Below the pieces are notes generated by a model, which saw only the letters and a list, made by a program, of their open reading frames with translations, ran no database searches and was not told the origin of the DNA. A stretch of DNA of 64,000 nucleotides from Terriglobia bacterium (GTDB taxonomy: Bacteria > Acidobacteriota > Terriglobia > JAJPHL01 > JAPKYU01). A program made the translations under genes and the position numbers. Shown here piece by piece: positions 42,874 to 52,770 of the stretch (positions are counted from its first letter, which is position 1; each line of letters starts with the position of its first letter). The stretch is taken from the NCBI GenBank assembly GCA_965223005.1, contig CBDCVK010000002.1, positions 224,001 to 288,000 of the forward strand. Reading direction: 5' to 3'.

Positions 42874-43742
42874 GGCGCCACCTCCGCGAGGTGCACGATT
42901 GGGAGATCGGTGACCTCCTCGAACGGCTCGATGTCGTCCACGCATTCCACCACGATCCGTTCCACGGTGCGGCCTTCGAGGATCCATCGGGCCTGTTCGG
43001 CGGCATCGATGTAGTCCATGCCCGTGCGGCGCTGCAGGCTCGCCGCTCCGGTTGTGATCGCGGCGCGCTGCAGATCGAGATTCATCTCGCAGCCCACTCG
43101 ATTCCGGAGCTCGTCGTAAAACTGTACGAGTCGCAGGAAGTCGGCGTGGTAGCCGCGGGTTTCGATGACGTAGAGGTCGGTGGACCGCAGCGCGGGGCGC
43201 TTGCCGAGCAGTGCTTCTCCCAGCCCCACCACCTTGTATCCCCACGATCTCAGCGGGCGGTGCAGAATGCCCTCGGCCACGATCAGTTCCGGACCTGCCA
43301 GAGAATGAAGGAACTGCTTCCGACGATCCGGAGAAATCGGGCGCCCGGCCTCGATCGCCGCTGCGATATCCGAGCCATCGACGGGCGAACAGCCAAGTCG
43401 CTGCAGCACAACCTCGTAAAGCCTGTGTCGGCGAAGCGAGTCCCCGGGAAGGAAAGAGCCCCTTTGTCCGCGGACCTGATCCAGGTCCGGAAGATCCAGG
43501 GGATCCGACTTGCGAAGATCGAGCGTCATTCCGACCGTGTCGATCTCCTCCGGGCACACCGGTTCGCAGGCGCCGCAGGTCACGCAGGCATTCAGAGATT
43601 CCCGCAGATCCGCAGCGGAGGCGCCGCCTTGGAGGGCGAGCGCGCGGCCCGCGAGCGTGAGCGAAAGATCCCGCGTCTCCCGCCAGACGGGGCAGGGCAG
43701 GACGCACACGCCGCACCCGGTACATGCTCGGTAGTCGTTCAT
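42870..43742 (-). CDS. 4Fe-4S dicluster protein
   Basis: CTGCGVCVLPCP and CVTCGACEPVCP; GlcF/GlpC-like tail. Confidence 0.82.
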   Translation of the reverse strand: MNDYRACTGCGVCVLPCPVWRETRDLSLTLAGRALALQGGASAADLRESLNACVTCGACEPVCPEEIDTVGMTLDLRKSDPLDLPDLDQVRGQRGSFLPGDSLRRHRLYEVVLQRLGCSPVDGSDIAAAIEAGRPISPDRRKQFLHSLAGPELIVAEGILHRPLRSWGYKVVGLGEALLGKRPALRSTDLYVIETRGYHADFLRLVQFYDELRNRVGCEMNLDLQRAAITTGAASLQRRTGMDYIDAAEQARWILEGRTVERIVVECVDDIEPFEEVTDLPIVHLAEVAP

Positions 43743-45265
43743 CAGAAGATCACGTCCGCGTTCAGGATCATGGACGGATCGGCATTTTTCTTCATGGCGA
43801 GATGCTTGTCCACAATCTTGTCGCCGAACGCACGGCGGATATAGCCCTTCATCATCCCGCCGAAGCGGTAATAGGACGTCTTCAGGTCGAGGCCGATGTC
43901 GTAGATCGCATTTTTGAAGGACTGAAGATGGTCGCGGCTGTACGTGCCGCCCTTGATCATCGGCTCAAACTCGCATCCCCACGCAAATCCCTCGGTGTCG
44001 GGCGGGATGCAGGAAAGCTCGTACCGGGGGAGCCGGCCGCGCAGCCTGATTCCGACGCAATAGAGCGTGTAGTGGGAAAAATAATTCCGGCAGACCGCGT
44101 TGCCCCGCTCCACGGCTTCCACAAACTTTTCCTCGTTGGTGGAGAGATCGGGGATCACCATCTGCGGACCTTCCCAGAACTTCCACACCGCTCGGGAGAA
44201 AACTACCGTGCGGTCCACGATCTTCCCCCTGCGGATGTGGTGGGAGGGCTCGAACTCCGGCATCAGCGCCTTTTTGCGCCCCTGAAGGTACAGCGCTTCC
44301 TTCATCTTCCAGGGACGGAGGGCGTAGTGAACGGCCATCCTTGCCCCGAAACCGAACTCGCCGTAGCCCCGGAGGCGCCGGCGCCAGCGGGCGAAGAACT
44401 CCCGTTCCCGCGCCTCCGAATCAAACGCCACGAGTAGGTTCAGCGCGCGGTCGAGCATCGTCAGGATGGCGCAGTAGTCCGCGGCGTCTTCCTTCGAGAG
44501 CATCTGAAGGTCTTCGATCGCAGTGCGGATCGAGCTGTAATAGAAATAGTGCATCGAGCAGGGCGTATAGGGGCGGATCTTCATCGTCGCTTCCGTGATC
44601 ACGCCGAACTGGCCGTAGCCCAGCAGCACCTGCTCGAACAGCTGGGGATTCTTCGTTTCCGAACACTCCTTGATCTGTCCGGTCGGGGTCACCACCTGGA
44701 GCGCCACGGCCTGGTCGGCGCTGCATCCGTACTTGGGGGAATTCACATCGACGCCGCCGACTCCCAGCGTCCCGCCGATGGAGGAGGTAAGATTTAAGGG
44801 CGCCGAGAGGTAATCGAGTCCCTTCCGCCGGAGCGCTTCGGCCAGCGCGTGCCAGTAGATGCCGGCTTCGGCACGGACGGTCAAATTCTTCTCATCGATG
44901 GACAGAACCCGGCTCATCCCGTTCATCGCGACGAGCAGGCCGCCGAAGGCGACGGACTCGCCCTCGGTGGTGAGGCCGCCGCCGCGCGTCTTCACGGGGA
45001 CGCCGTGCTTCTGTGCGGCCCTGAGGATTGCGGCGATTTGCTTCGCAGAGCGCGCGATCACGATTCCGTGCGGCATGCCTTGCGCCACGCCACCGCCGTC
45101 GGTGCGGTAGAGCGACCGGTCGGCCCGGTTTTCCCGGACGTCGATCTCGCTTTTCTTCAGGTCGGCGAGGAAGGCTCCCCAGTTTTTGCCGTCCCAGAGG
45201 CCGGAGTTGGTCTGCTGGCGAGGGATTCCCTGGAGAGAGTCGGGGGCCACGACACAGGGTTTCAT
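43742..45265 (-). CDS. FAD-binding oxidoreductase (PCMH/FAD_binding_4)
   Basis: RGGG.T, SSIGGTLG.GG, LQVVTPTG, G.GQFGVITEAT, DP..ILN. Confidence 0.85.
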   Translation of the reverse strand: MKPCVVAPDSLQGIPRQQTNSGLWDGKNWGAFLADLKKSEIDVRENRADRSLYRTDGGGVAQGMPHGIVIARSAKQIAAILRAAQKHGVPVKTRGGGLTTEGESVAFGGLLVAMNGMSRVLSIDEKNLTVRAEAGIYWHALAEALRRKGLDYLSAPLNLTSSIGGTLGVGGVDVNSPKYGCSADQAVALQVVTPTGQIKECSETKNPQLFEQVLLGYGQFGVITEATMKIRPYTPCSMHYFYYSSIRTAIEDLQMLSKEDAADYCAILTMLDRALNLLVAFDSEAREREFFARWRRRLRGYGEFGFGARMAVHYALRPWKMKEALYLQGRKKALMPEFEPSHHIRRGKIVDRTVVFSRAVWKFWEGPQMVIPDLSTNEEKFVEAVERGNAVCRNYFSHYTLYCVGIRLRGRLPRYELSCIPPDTEGFAWGCEFEPMIKGGTYSRDHLQSFKNAIYDIGLDLKTSYYRFGGMMKGYIRRAFGDKIVDKHLAMKKNADPSMILNADVIF

Positions 45266-45446
45266 CGGATCGCCCCTGATTGTACCTGATTATTCGGGTG
45301 ATGCGTTTCCGGAAGTGGCGTGCCCTGATGAACCTGTGCCACGAGGAGTGATAATTTAGAGCGGTTTAGATTCACCTTATCGAAAGTCCGCCGTCGCCTG
45401 CCATATCCACAAGTTCCAAGGAGCCCAATCAGTCAAGGGTGGCCCC

Positions 45447-45830
45447 GTGTCAAGCCCCCGCATGCCGGATCACCAGCAGAAGTGGGAGACTATTGGGCCC
45501 AGCAAGAAAGAAGCCGCAGCCGCCCTTTCGAAGCACCTGGCATCCATCAACACAGGCAAGTTTGTAGAATTCAAGCCCAGCTCATTTTCCGCCTTTGCCG
45601 AGCACTGGCTGGCGGGGATGCGGCAGCAGCTCAGGCCTCGCACCTGGGCAAGCTACAAATCCCTGTTGGACGTTCACATCCAACCCAGCTTTGGAACCTT
45701 CCCGCTCCACACCATCACTCGGCCCATGCTGAAAGAATTTGTCAGCGGGAAAACGCAGACCGAAAAGTTGGCACCGAACACCGTGCGCAACATCCTCCGG
45801 CTGCTGCATAAGCTGTTTGAGGACATCGCG
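45447..45830 (+). pseudogene. Phage/ICE integrase N-terminal (SAM-like) fragment
   Basis: KKEA..AL, F..FAEHWL, LRPRTWASYKSLL..HI.P.FG..L..IT, LAPNTVRNILRLL..LFE; catalytic domain missing. Confidence 0.75.
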
Positions 45831-46253
45831 CTCAACAGTCCTGCGACCGCTTGGGTGGCCTATCGTGATTTGCGTGGGTGCCTTCCTCGGAACGGTGCAA
45901 GCCAAGGGTCCCCTCTTGGGTAAGGCAGTCGGTATCGGATTGGCTGGTTTCTGCTGGGCGCGCGGCTCGGGGGGTGCGGGCCCGTTGGCGCCACGCAGAA
46001 ACCGAGGGACTGGCGAAGCACCTGTAGCTCCTGGGCGCTTGTGGTGCGGGCCAGCTTCCGGCTGTTGCGGAAGCCGTCCAGCTGCTCCACCGAGGAGAGG
46101 GCATGGTGTCTGAGCTTGCAACGAGAGGGGGAACTGCGTATGCTTCTAGCCTGAAATCGGAAATTTCGGTTGACACGTTACAAGTCCCCAGGCGGCAGGC
46201 CCGTATGACCTGCCCCCCGATACAGCCAAAGCGAAAAGGAGGTCACACCCAAT

Positions 46254-46499
46254 ATGCGTACTTCAGAGCGAGTCATCTTTGCGCTAGCCATCCTGATCCT
46301 GACGTTCTTCACAATTGCCACTTACGAAAGCAATCGCGAGCTTCGAGTCGAGTTCAACCACATGGAGGAACGACTACAGGAAGCTGAAACAGTCAACAAA
46401 GCCACTCTGGAGCTAATCGCAGATTTGCAAGGTAAGGCGCAGTCTGCGTCAGAGACGATGCAACTGGTCAAGGGAGCCGGTTCTCAAAGCCCACGATAG
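46254..46499 (+). CDS. Small membrane-anchored coiled-coil protein
   Basis: AGGAGG RBS, N-terminal TM, heptad pattern. Confidence 0.5.
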   Translation: MRTSERVIFALAILILTFFTIATYESNRELRVEFNHMEERLQEAETVNKATLELIADLQGKAQSASETMQLVKGAGSQSPR

Positions 46500-46891
46500 G
46501 CCAATCGAGCTTAGGACTCCCCTGCAGCACCTCTTCGGTCTGGGCAAAGGAATGTAGCTCCTCCACGAACCAACCCCAAACGAATGCCCCACGCACAAGT
46601 GAACAGTGGACCGGGGGGTGATCCCAGGGGGACCTGCTCAGCGACTCCCGCTTTCTCTCCACGCTTCCCTACAATGCCGATTGTCAGTCCAGGAAGGCCA
46701 CCACTTGCATCCCGTCCGCATTTGAGGGATCTCGTCCCTCGTTGAGGACACGTGGGCAAGACCTAAGTAGAAAGCGAGAAGATCAAATTGGACGCACGCA
46801 CCTTCTGGATGGGTGTAGCTTATTGGTATGTGTTCAGGACTTCCGGCCAGAGGGCTTACATCTGGTATTGCTCGAAGGGAGGAAGCAAAGC

Positions 46892-47455
46892 ATGAAAAAG
46901 ATGATAATCATCAGTGTTCTCCTCTTGGTACTGGTTCCTTCCGCCTGGACCCAGAAGCTCAAGATTGATCCCGAGCAGCGCTACCTGTTGTTGGCCACTA
47001 AGAAGACCTCCACGATGCAGAAAGAGCTCGACGAAGCGGCCGCGCAGGGCTTCAGGATCCTGGTGGGTTCGCCGACCAGTGGTACAGAGATAGCATTATT
47101 TCTCGAACGCGTTGCGAATCCGACGAATGCTTATACATATCGACTCCTGGCGACAAGCCGGACCGGCACAATGCAGAAGGAGCTGAGTGAAGCTGCAGTA
47201 GATGGGTTTCGCCTGCTGCCACGGACAATGATCGCAAAAAAACCGGTTTTTGGGGAAACGGAAATCGTGGTCATCCTCGAACGCCCAGCGAAGGTTGACA
47301 AGCTGTACAGGTACAAGCTCCTTGCCACAAATCTGACCTCGACGTTGCAACGGGAAGTTGCCCAAGCCGAGGCCGACGGCTTTGTTCTGGTTGGGATGGT
47401 CAGTCGCGATGAGCACATGGTGATTATGGAAAAGGAAACACAAATAAAGGAGTGA
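46892..47455 (+). CDS. Secreted protein with three internal repeats
   Basis: Signal peptide; Y.LLAT..T.T.Q.E..(E/Q)A...GF three times. Confidence 0.7.
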   Translation: MKKMIIISVLLLVLVPSAWTQKLKIDPEQRYLLLATKKTSTMQKELDEAAAQGFRILVGSPTSGTEIALFLERVANPTNAYTYRLLATSRTGTMQKELSEAAVDGFRLLPRTMIAKKPVFGETEIVVILERPAKVDKLYRYKLLATNLTSTLQREVAQAEADGFVLVGMVSRDEHMVIMEKETQIKE

Positions 47456-47873
47456 AGTACGGAGGCCCACGGAATGCTACCCAGGAGAGGCCATGGTGAT
47501 CTGAGCTTGTGCTGAACTCAGGGACCGGGCGATCGCCAACTTGGCAGTTGCCACTATAGGGAGCGTGTTCTCGGTCACCAACAACCTGCGCGTGGAGCGC
47601 CGCAACGCAGGACCATGCTTAGCCTCCCGGCCTGAAAAGAGATGGCTGCCTAAAGGCACTGCTCGATGGTGACCCATCTCCGTCCTGGCGCCGCAGAAAC
47701 TGGGCTGCGCGCGCCAGGACTTTTTCTCTTGGCCCCCGCACGATCTCGCACCTCGGCAAGGCTTGCAAGGAACTGCCCGCCGTAACGGCGTGTGAGGGGA
47801 CGCTTATCCAGACACAGGAAAATCCCGTAGTCGGTGCGGAAATGATCATACCCCCGCTCGCTCACCGGTGCGC

Positions 47874-47968
47874 CACTTGGATGCATAACGCCCTTATCGG
47901 AAACTGACCCACTACCCTGGCGGGCGTAGAGGGTCACTTGTCCGGATAGCCGACTATACATCCAAGTG
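47874..47968 (-). repeat. Paired-site element (type 1, 95 bp), copy 9
   Basis: Reverse complement of copy 1 with few mismatches; both flanks match those of copy 2. Confidence 0.85.
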
Positions 47969-48124
47969 AAACCGGGATTGGTAAACACTAACCCGTTAGT
48001 GGGGATCTATCCAGCACTGGTGGTTACAAGGCGCGTTCTTGCCAGTCATACGCTCGCTGCCCTGTTGTGTTCATCTCTGATCACGATGGCCGCGGCCGCA
48101 CGCCATCGCTCGTTCGGGCAGTCG

Positions 48125-48941
48125 GCATCCATGGAGAGCTGGACCTTTACCGAAACACGGAGCGCGTGGAAGTGACCGGCTACTTGACGGATCTAATTAC
48201 GGAAAAGAGCCTGTCGTTTGTGCGAAAGAACGCCCATCGACCCTTCTTCCTCTACGTGGCCTACAACGCCCCCCCACTGGCCCTTCCAGCCACCGGGCAA
48301 GCCCTCAGATGTGCGCACTCCCGCTACCTGGCGTGATGGAACGCGACGCGACTATGCGCTTCATGGTCGAGAGGATTGATGATGGTATCTGCCAGATCTT
48401 AAGGGAACTCGACCGGCGCGGTTTAACCCGCAACACGCTGGTCATTTTCACCAAATGACAACGGTGGGGAACGCTTTTCTGGGAATACCCCGTTCTTCAA
48501 CCACAAAGCAACGCTGTGGAAAGGCGGCATCAGGGTTCCTTGCCTGATGCGCTGGCCCGGCACGCTCCCGTCCAACCGAGTCTCCCGCCAGGCGCTCATA
48601 ACGATGGACCTGACCGCCACGATCTTGGGGGCCACCGGGACCGACCCGCCGCCCGGCCGGTACCTAGACGGCGTCGACCTGCTGCCGATCCTCAAGGGAG
48701 AACAACCCCAGAGAGAGCGTACTTTTTTCTGGCGCATCAACTATCAGGGTTTCGCGCAAAAGGCGGCCCGGCAGGAATCGTGGAAATACATCGTGGATGG
48801 ACCGGAACGTTTGGAATTGCTCTTCGACCTGGGGAAAGACCCATCTGAGCGACATACGCTCGCGTACCAATACCCGGAGATCGTCGCGCGCCTGCGCCAT
48901 CTCCTGTAACAGTGGGAAGCTGAGATGGATAGCAAGCATTA
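48125..48941 (+). pseudogene. Sulfatase C-terminal fragment with frameshifts and a stop
   Basis: YLTDLIT..PFFLYVAYNAP, DNGG, GGIRVP..RWPG, MDLTATIL, LFDL.KDP.E spread across frames. Confidence 0.8.
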
Positions 48942-49008
48942 GGAGCTTCGGTACTGTTGAAGCGATCCCTGTTGCAGCTTCGGTCGATCACCAAGAGTCG
49001 AATTTGCG

Positions 49009-49290
49009 TCAAGATCCTTGACTAGTGGCGACGACGGGATTCAAGTCGGGGCCTGGGTCACTCGTAAGCCGCTCGGGATCCGGCCATCGGTTCTCGCGCA
49101 TCTTCATCGCGTAGATATCCCTGTATATGAACATTCGCCGGCCGAGCAGGAAGATCTTTATCCCCATGATATCCACCCGGCGGTTGCTCCGCTCTACCTC
49201 CGGCCATACCTGCCGGTGGTGCTCCTTGTAAGCGGCGATGGCTTTGGGATCATCTTTGAGGTTCAGGGTCAGGCCAGAATATTTCACCAT
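49009..49290 (-). pseudogene. L-rhamnose/fucose mutarotase, 3'-truncated
   Basis: LKDDPKAIAAYKEHH.QVWPEV; diverges after ~57 aa. Confidence 0.7.
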
Positions 49291-49317
49291 TGTCCTCTTC
49301 GAGGAGCTTCGCTTCCT

Positions 49318-50157
49318 CTATGCAAGCTGGTAGAAGCGGCGAGCATTGCCACCCCAAATCTTGGCCGCCTCCGCCTCACCCAGCGGCCCCAGGGCGTGCC
49401 GCAGCGCGTCCACAACCTGCTGATAAGATCCGGCCAGCGTGCACACCGGCCAATCGCTCCCGAAAAGCAGGCGATCAGTGCCGAACTGCTTGACCACATG
49501 CTCCACGTAAGGCTTAAGGTCGTCGGGAGTCCAGGCTTGCCAGTTGGCTTTCGTAATCATGCCTGAAAGTTTGCACCACAGCTGGGGCAGGCGCGCCACA
49601 GTTTCCATGTCGCGGTGCCACCCGTCCATCTTCGCTTGCGCAATAGGCGGCTTGGCAATGTGGTCCACGACCAACTTCAAACCCGGGCAGCGGTCTCGGA
49701 GCCTGGGAATATAGTTCAGGTGCCTGGGCTGCACCAGAAGATCATAGGGGATGCCGCGGCGTTCGAGCTCCCCCAGTCCCGCGAGTACAACTTCGCGGAC
49801 CACCCAGGCGTCGTCGGGTTCGTCCTCAATGATGTGCCGCACGCCTTTGAACTTGGGGTGGCGCTGGAACTCATCCAGATCTCTTCCCAGGTTGGGGCTG
49901 GTCAGGTCCACCCATACCACCGCTCCGGCGATGAAATCGTTAGCCTCCGCCATCTCCAGAAACCAGCGCGACTCCTCCAGCGAGTGCTGCGCCTGCACCA
50001 GGATGGTGCGGTCCACTCCCGCCTGAGCCAGGAGCGGCTTCAGGTCCCGAGGAAGAAAATTGCGGCGCAGGGGATCGACCTGAGGCGTCATCCAGGGATA
50101 CTGGAAGCGACCGACATCCCAGAAGTGTTGATGGGCATCTACGATCAGCTCGCTCAC
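49318..50157 (-). CDS. Amidohydrolase (L-fuconolactonase-like)
   Basis: DAHQHFW, KGVRH, VVDHIAKP, CKLSG, FGSDWPV. Confidence 0.88.
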   Translation of the reverse strand: MSELIVDAHQHFWDVGRFQYPWMTPQVDPLRRNFLPRDLKPLLAQAGVDRTILVQAQHSLEESRWFLEMAEANDFIAGAVVWVDLTSPNLGRDLDEFQRHPKFKGVRHIIEDEPDDAWVVREVVLAGLGELERRGIPYDLLVQPRHLNYIPRLRDRCPGLKLVVDHIAKPPIAQAKMDGWHRDMETVARLPQLWCKLSGMITKANWQAWTPDDLKPYVEHVVKQFGTDRLLFGSDWPVCTLAGSYQQVVDALRHALGPLGEAEAAKIWGGNARRFYQLA

Positions 50158-50177
50158 GCTGCCACCTCTTCAGCTTC

Positions 50178-51179
50178 TCAGTGGGATTTCTCCCCCGGGA
50201 GCGGCGCTTCGGGAGGAAGGTGCTTCTTCGAGCGCAGTTCGGCCCAGAACTCGGGCGGGATGGGATGACTCATCAAACGGAAGTTTTCTTCCACTTCCGC
50301 CACCGCCCGGGCTCCGGGGATGACCGTGGCCACGGCGGGATGCGCCAAGGGGAACTGCAAGGCCGCCGCCCGCAACGGCACCGCATAGCGGGCGCAGATG
50401 CCCTCGATCTGCCGCACTTTCTCAAGCAGCTCAGGCGGCGCCTCCGCGTAGTTGAACTTGGCCCCGGGCTGAGCTCCGGTGGCCAGAATGCCGCTGTTGT
50501 ACGGCCCGCCGATGATGATGCTGATGCCCTTCTTCAGGCAGAGCGGCAGCAGCTCCTTGAGGCTCGTGTGGTCAATCAGGGTGTAACGGCCAGCCAGCAG
50601 AAAACAGTCAAAGTTGGCTTCGCGGGCAAAACGCGCTGGCATCTCCCATTGGTTCATGCCCGCTCCTACGGCGCCAATCACACCCTGGCTGCGCAGCCTA
50701 TCGAGGGCACGGTAGGCGCCTTGGAGAGACTCGTCGTAAGCATCATCAGGGTCATGGATGTGCAGCACGTCAACGCGGTCCAGATTCAACCGCTTCAAAC
50801 TCTCTTCGAACGACCGCATCACGCCGTCATAGCTGAAATCAAAGACAGGTATGAAGGGAGGAAGGTTTTCAAACCAGATGCTTTCCACCTTGCTGGGATC
50901 TTCCGGCTCCAGCACCCGTCCCACCTTGGTGGCTAGCACGTAGGAGTGGCGCGGGCAGCCAGCCAGCGCTCGGCCCAGGCGCAACTCGCTCTTTCCATGA
51001 CCATAGAGCGGCGCCGTGTCGATGAAGTTGATGCCCAGCTCAAGAGCGCGCCGTACCGTGGTCGTGGCCGTCTCTTCCGCAATGTCCTTGTAAAGCCCGC
51101 CCAGCGGGGCTCCTCCCAGGCCCAGACGTGTCACCTGCACTTTGGTCTTTCCGAGTTTAACTTTTTCCAGTGGGTTCAT
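50178..51179 (-). CDS. Aldo/keto reductase (L-fucose/D-threo-aldose dehydrogenase-like)
   Basis: GGAPLGGL, DTAPLYGHG.SE, FDFSYDG, HDPD, GAGMN, AGRYTL. Confidence 0.88.
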   Translation of the reverse strand: MNPLEKVKLGKTKVQVTRLGLGGAPLGGLYKDIAEETATTTVRRALELGINFIDTAPLYGHGKSELRLGRALAGCPRHSYVLATKVGRVLEPEDPSKVESIWFENLPPFIPVFDFSYDGVMRSFEESLKRLNLDRVDVLHIHDPDDAYDESLQGAYRALDRLRSQGVIGAVGAGMNQWEMPARFAREANFDCFLLAGRYTLIDHTSLKELLPLCLKKGISIIIGGPYNSGILATGAQPGAKFNYAEAPPELLEKVRQIEGICARYAVPLRAAALQFPLAHPAVATVIPGARAVAEVEENFRLMSHPIPPEFWAELRSKKHLPPEAPLPGEKSH

Positions 51180-51467
51180 GACGTCCTCCCCCGTGCCAAT
51201 GAGTCCGATACGCTTAAATCGAGAGGACGCGCCAATTTCGGTAGTGCGCTAAGAGTGCGTTGCCCTAGAGTCAGATAGTAACCTTTTGTCAACGCGGGCG
51301 CTAAGGAGTTTCGACTCCGTCCAGGCGGGTGGGCGTTGAACACTTAGGGGAAGAGTCTGGCCGGTCATGCGAATCTCCCTCTTGCTCGGCCATCCTACTC
51401 TTGGCTTCCATGACCGAGGGTGGGCACTGCATAGTTTGGTGATACAATCGCTAGGAAGAAGGCCTGA

Positions 51468-52361
51468 ATGATTTGCTTGGTGCTTGCGCTCTTCTTGGCT
51501 CTGTTTTCGGCTGGATCCGGTTTCGGGCAGGCCAACCCGACCCAGACAGATCCGTCCCGCTTGAAAGAAACCACCCAGCATACCTATGGGCCGTTCACCT
51601 TGAAGGGCCAGTCCCTGCAACAGATGGCGGAGCCCAAGGAGGTGATCTTCCCGGATGACGACGTGTGGCTGGTGGGCTACCACTCCGAAATAGTTGATGA
51701 CTCAGGGAACCGGCTTTCTCGCGAACTGCAGTGTCATTCCTTTCTAGGAAGCAGCAATCCGCACAACCTTCCCGACGACTTCGCCTTGGGCCTGTTCTCG
51801 GATGGCTACACGGAAAGCATCCAATTGCCCCCAGGTTTCGGCATTTTCTTCAAAGCCGGCGAGCGTCTCACGTGGACCCCGCTGTTTAACAACCGGAATC
51901 CGCTGCCCGTGACTGCTTCCATGCGGGTTCGGTTGGATTTGATTCGCGCCCGCGACCTGCCCCAAGGGCTGAAGCCCCTCACCACGACGGTCCGCAGCGT
52001 GCACAAGGACAAGGGGAGCAACATGTATATGGTTCCGCCGGGTAGAGACGTGCGGGAAAACACGTCCCACTTGCCTTTCGTTGGGAAAATCCATGTGATG
52101 GGAGCTCATCTCCATCCCTACGGAGTGTCGGTGGAACTGGTGAACCTGACGCGCGGCCACTCGGTTTGGAAAGCCGTGGGTACCAAGGATGGAAGCGGAA
52201 AACTGGTGAAGATGCCGGTCTACCTGAACCCGGAAGGCTATGACGTGGAAGCAGAAGAGCAGTTCAAGGTAGTGGCCGTCTACGAGAATCCAACCGAGCA
52301 GCCGGTGGATGCCATGGCCGGGGTCTTCATTCTGTACTCGCAGGCTGAAACCGCTCCCTGA
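51468..52361 (+). CDS. Secreted protein, copper monooxygenase-like fold
   Basis: Signal peptide; GAHLHPYG and C-terminal DAMAG resemble the His-x-His..Met CuM site. Confidence 0.55.
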   Translation: MICLVLALFLALFSAGSGFGQANPTQTDPSRLKETTQHTYGPFTLKGQSLQQMAEPKEVIFPDDDVWLVGYHSEIVDDSGNRLSRELQCHSFLGSSNPHNLPDDFALGLFSDGYTESIQLPPGFGIFFKAGERLTWTPLFNNRNPLPVTASMRVRLDLIRARDLPQGLKPLTTTVRSVHKDKGSNMYMVPPGRDVRENTSHLPFVGKIHVMGAHLHPYGVSVELVNLTRGHSVWKAVGTKDGSGKLVKMPVYLNPEGYDVEAEEQFKVVAVYENPTEQPVDAMAGVFILYSQAETAP

Positions 52362-52445
52362 CAGGTCGTCTCCCTTCGCCCCGCCCGTAAGCAACCCACC
52401 AAAGCCCAGGGGTATAGCGCAGGAACAAGACTGGCGAGAAAAGCC

Positions 52446-52595
52446 GGTAGTGGGCTACTTTGATTCCGCAGGAGCTGTCGTAGTCGTAGCGGCGGCCTTT
52501 AGGCCGCCATGGGTTTTGGCAGGCCAAAGCCTGCCGCTACGACTACAACCCGTGGCAGGCTGAAGCGTCCAAAAGGGTCAAAATAGCCCACTACC
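52446..52595. mobile_element. MITE-like element enclosing a GTAG REP doublet
   Basis: 18-bp terminal inverted repeats (17/18 match) at 52446-52463 and 52578-52595; inner inverted GTAG palindromes at 52486-52508 and 52518-52540. Confidence 0.65.
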
Positions 52596-52711
52596 CCCAA
52601 GCCTCAGTACTTTACGGCTGAGTGCCTCGTCAGAGCCACCAGAACGCACCTGGCGCGCCCCAGCCGCGTTGTCACGACTAGCTTAGACTCATCTGTGGTG
52701 ATTGTGGCGGG

Positions 52712-52751
52712 AGAAAGCAAATCCGCCTCCAGACTTGCGTCTGGAGGCGGA
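52712..52751 (-). terminator. Rho-independent terminator of the TonB receptor gene
   Basis: 13-bp stem TCCGCCTCCAGAC/GTCTGGAGGCGGA, GCAA loop on the minus strand, followed by TTTGCTTTCT. Confidence 0.8.
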
Positions 52752-52770
52752 CCATGTGTGTGGATAGGAG

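Noticed and set aside
42874-43725. N-terminal extension of the 686-aa ORF
   Set aside because: Alternative-frame overlap with the 4Fe-4S gene; the real start is the GTG at 42873.
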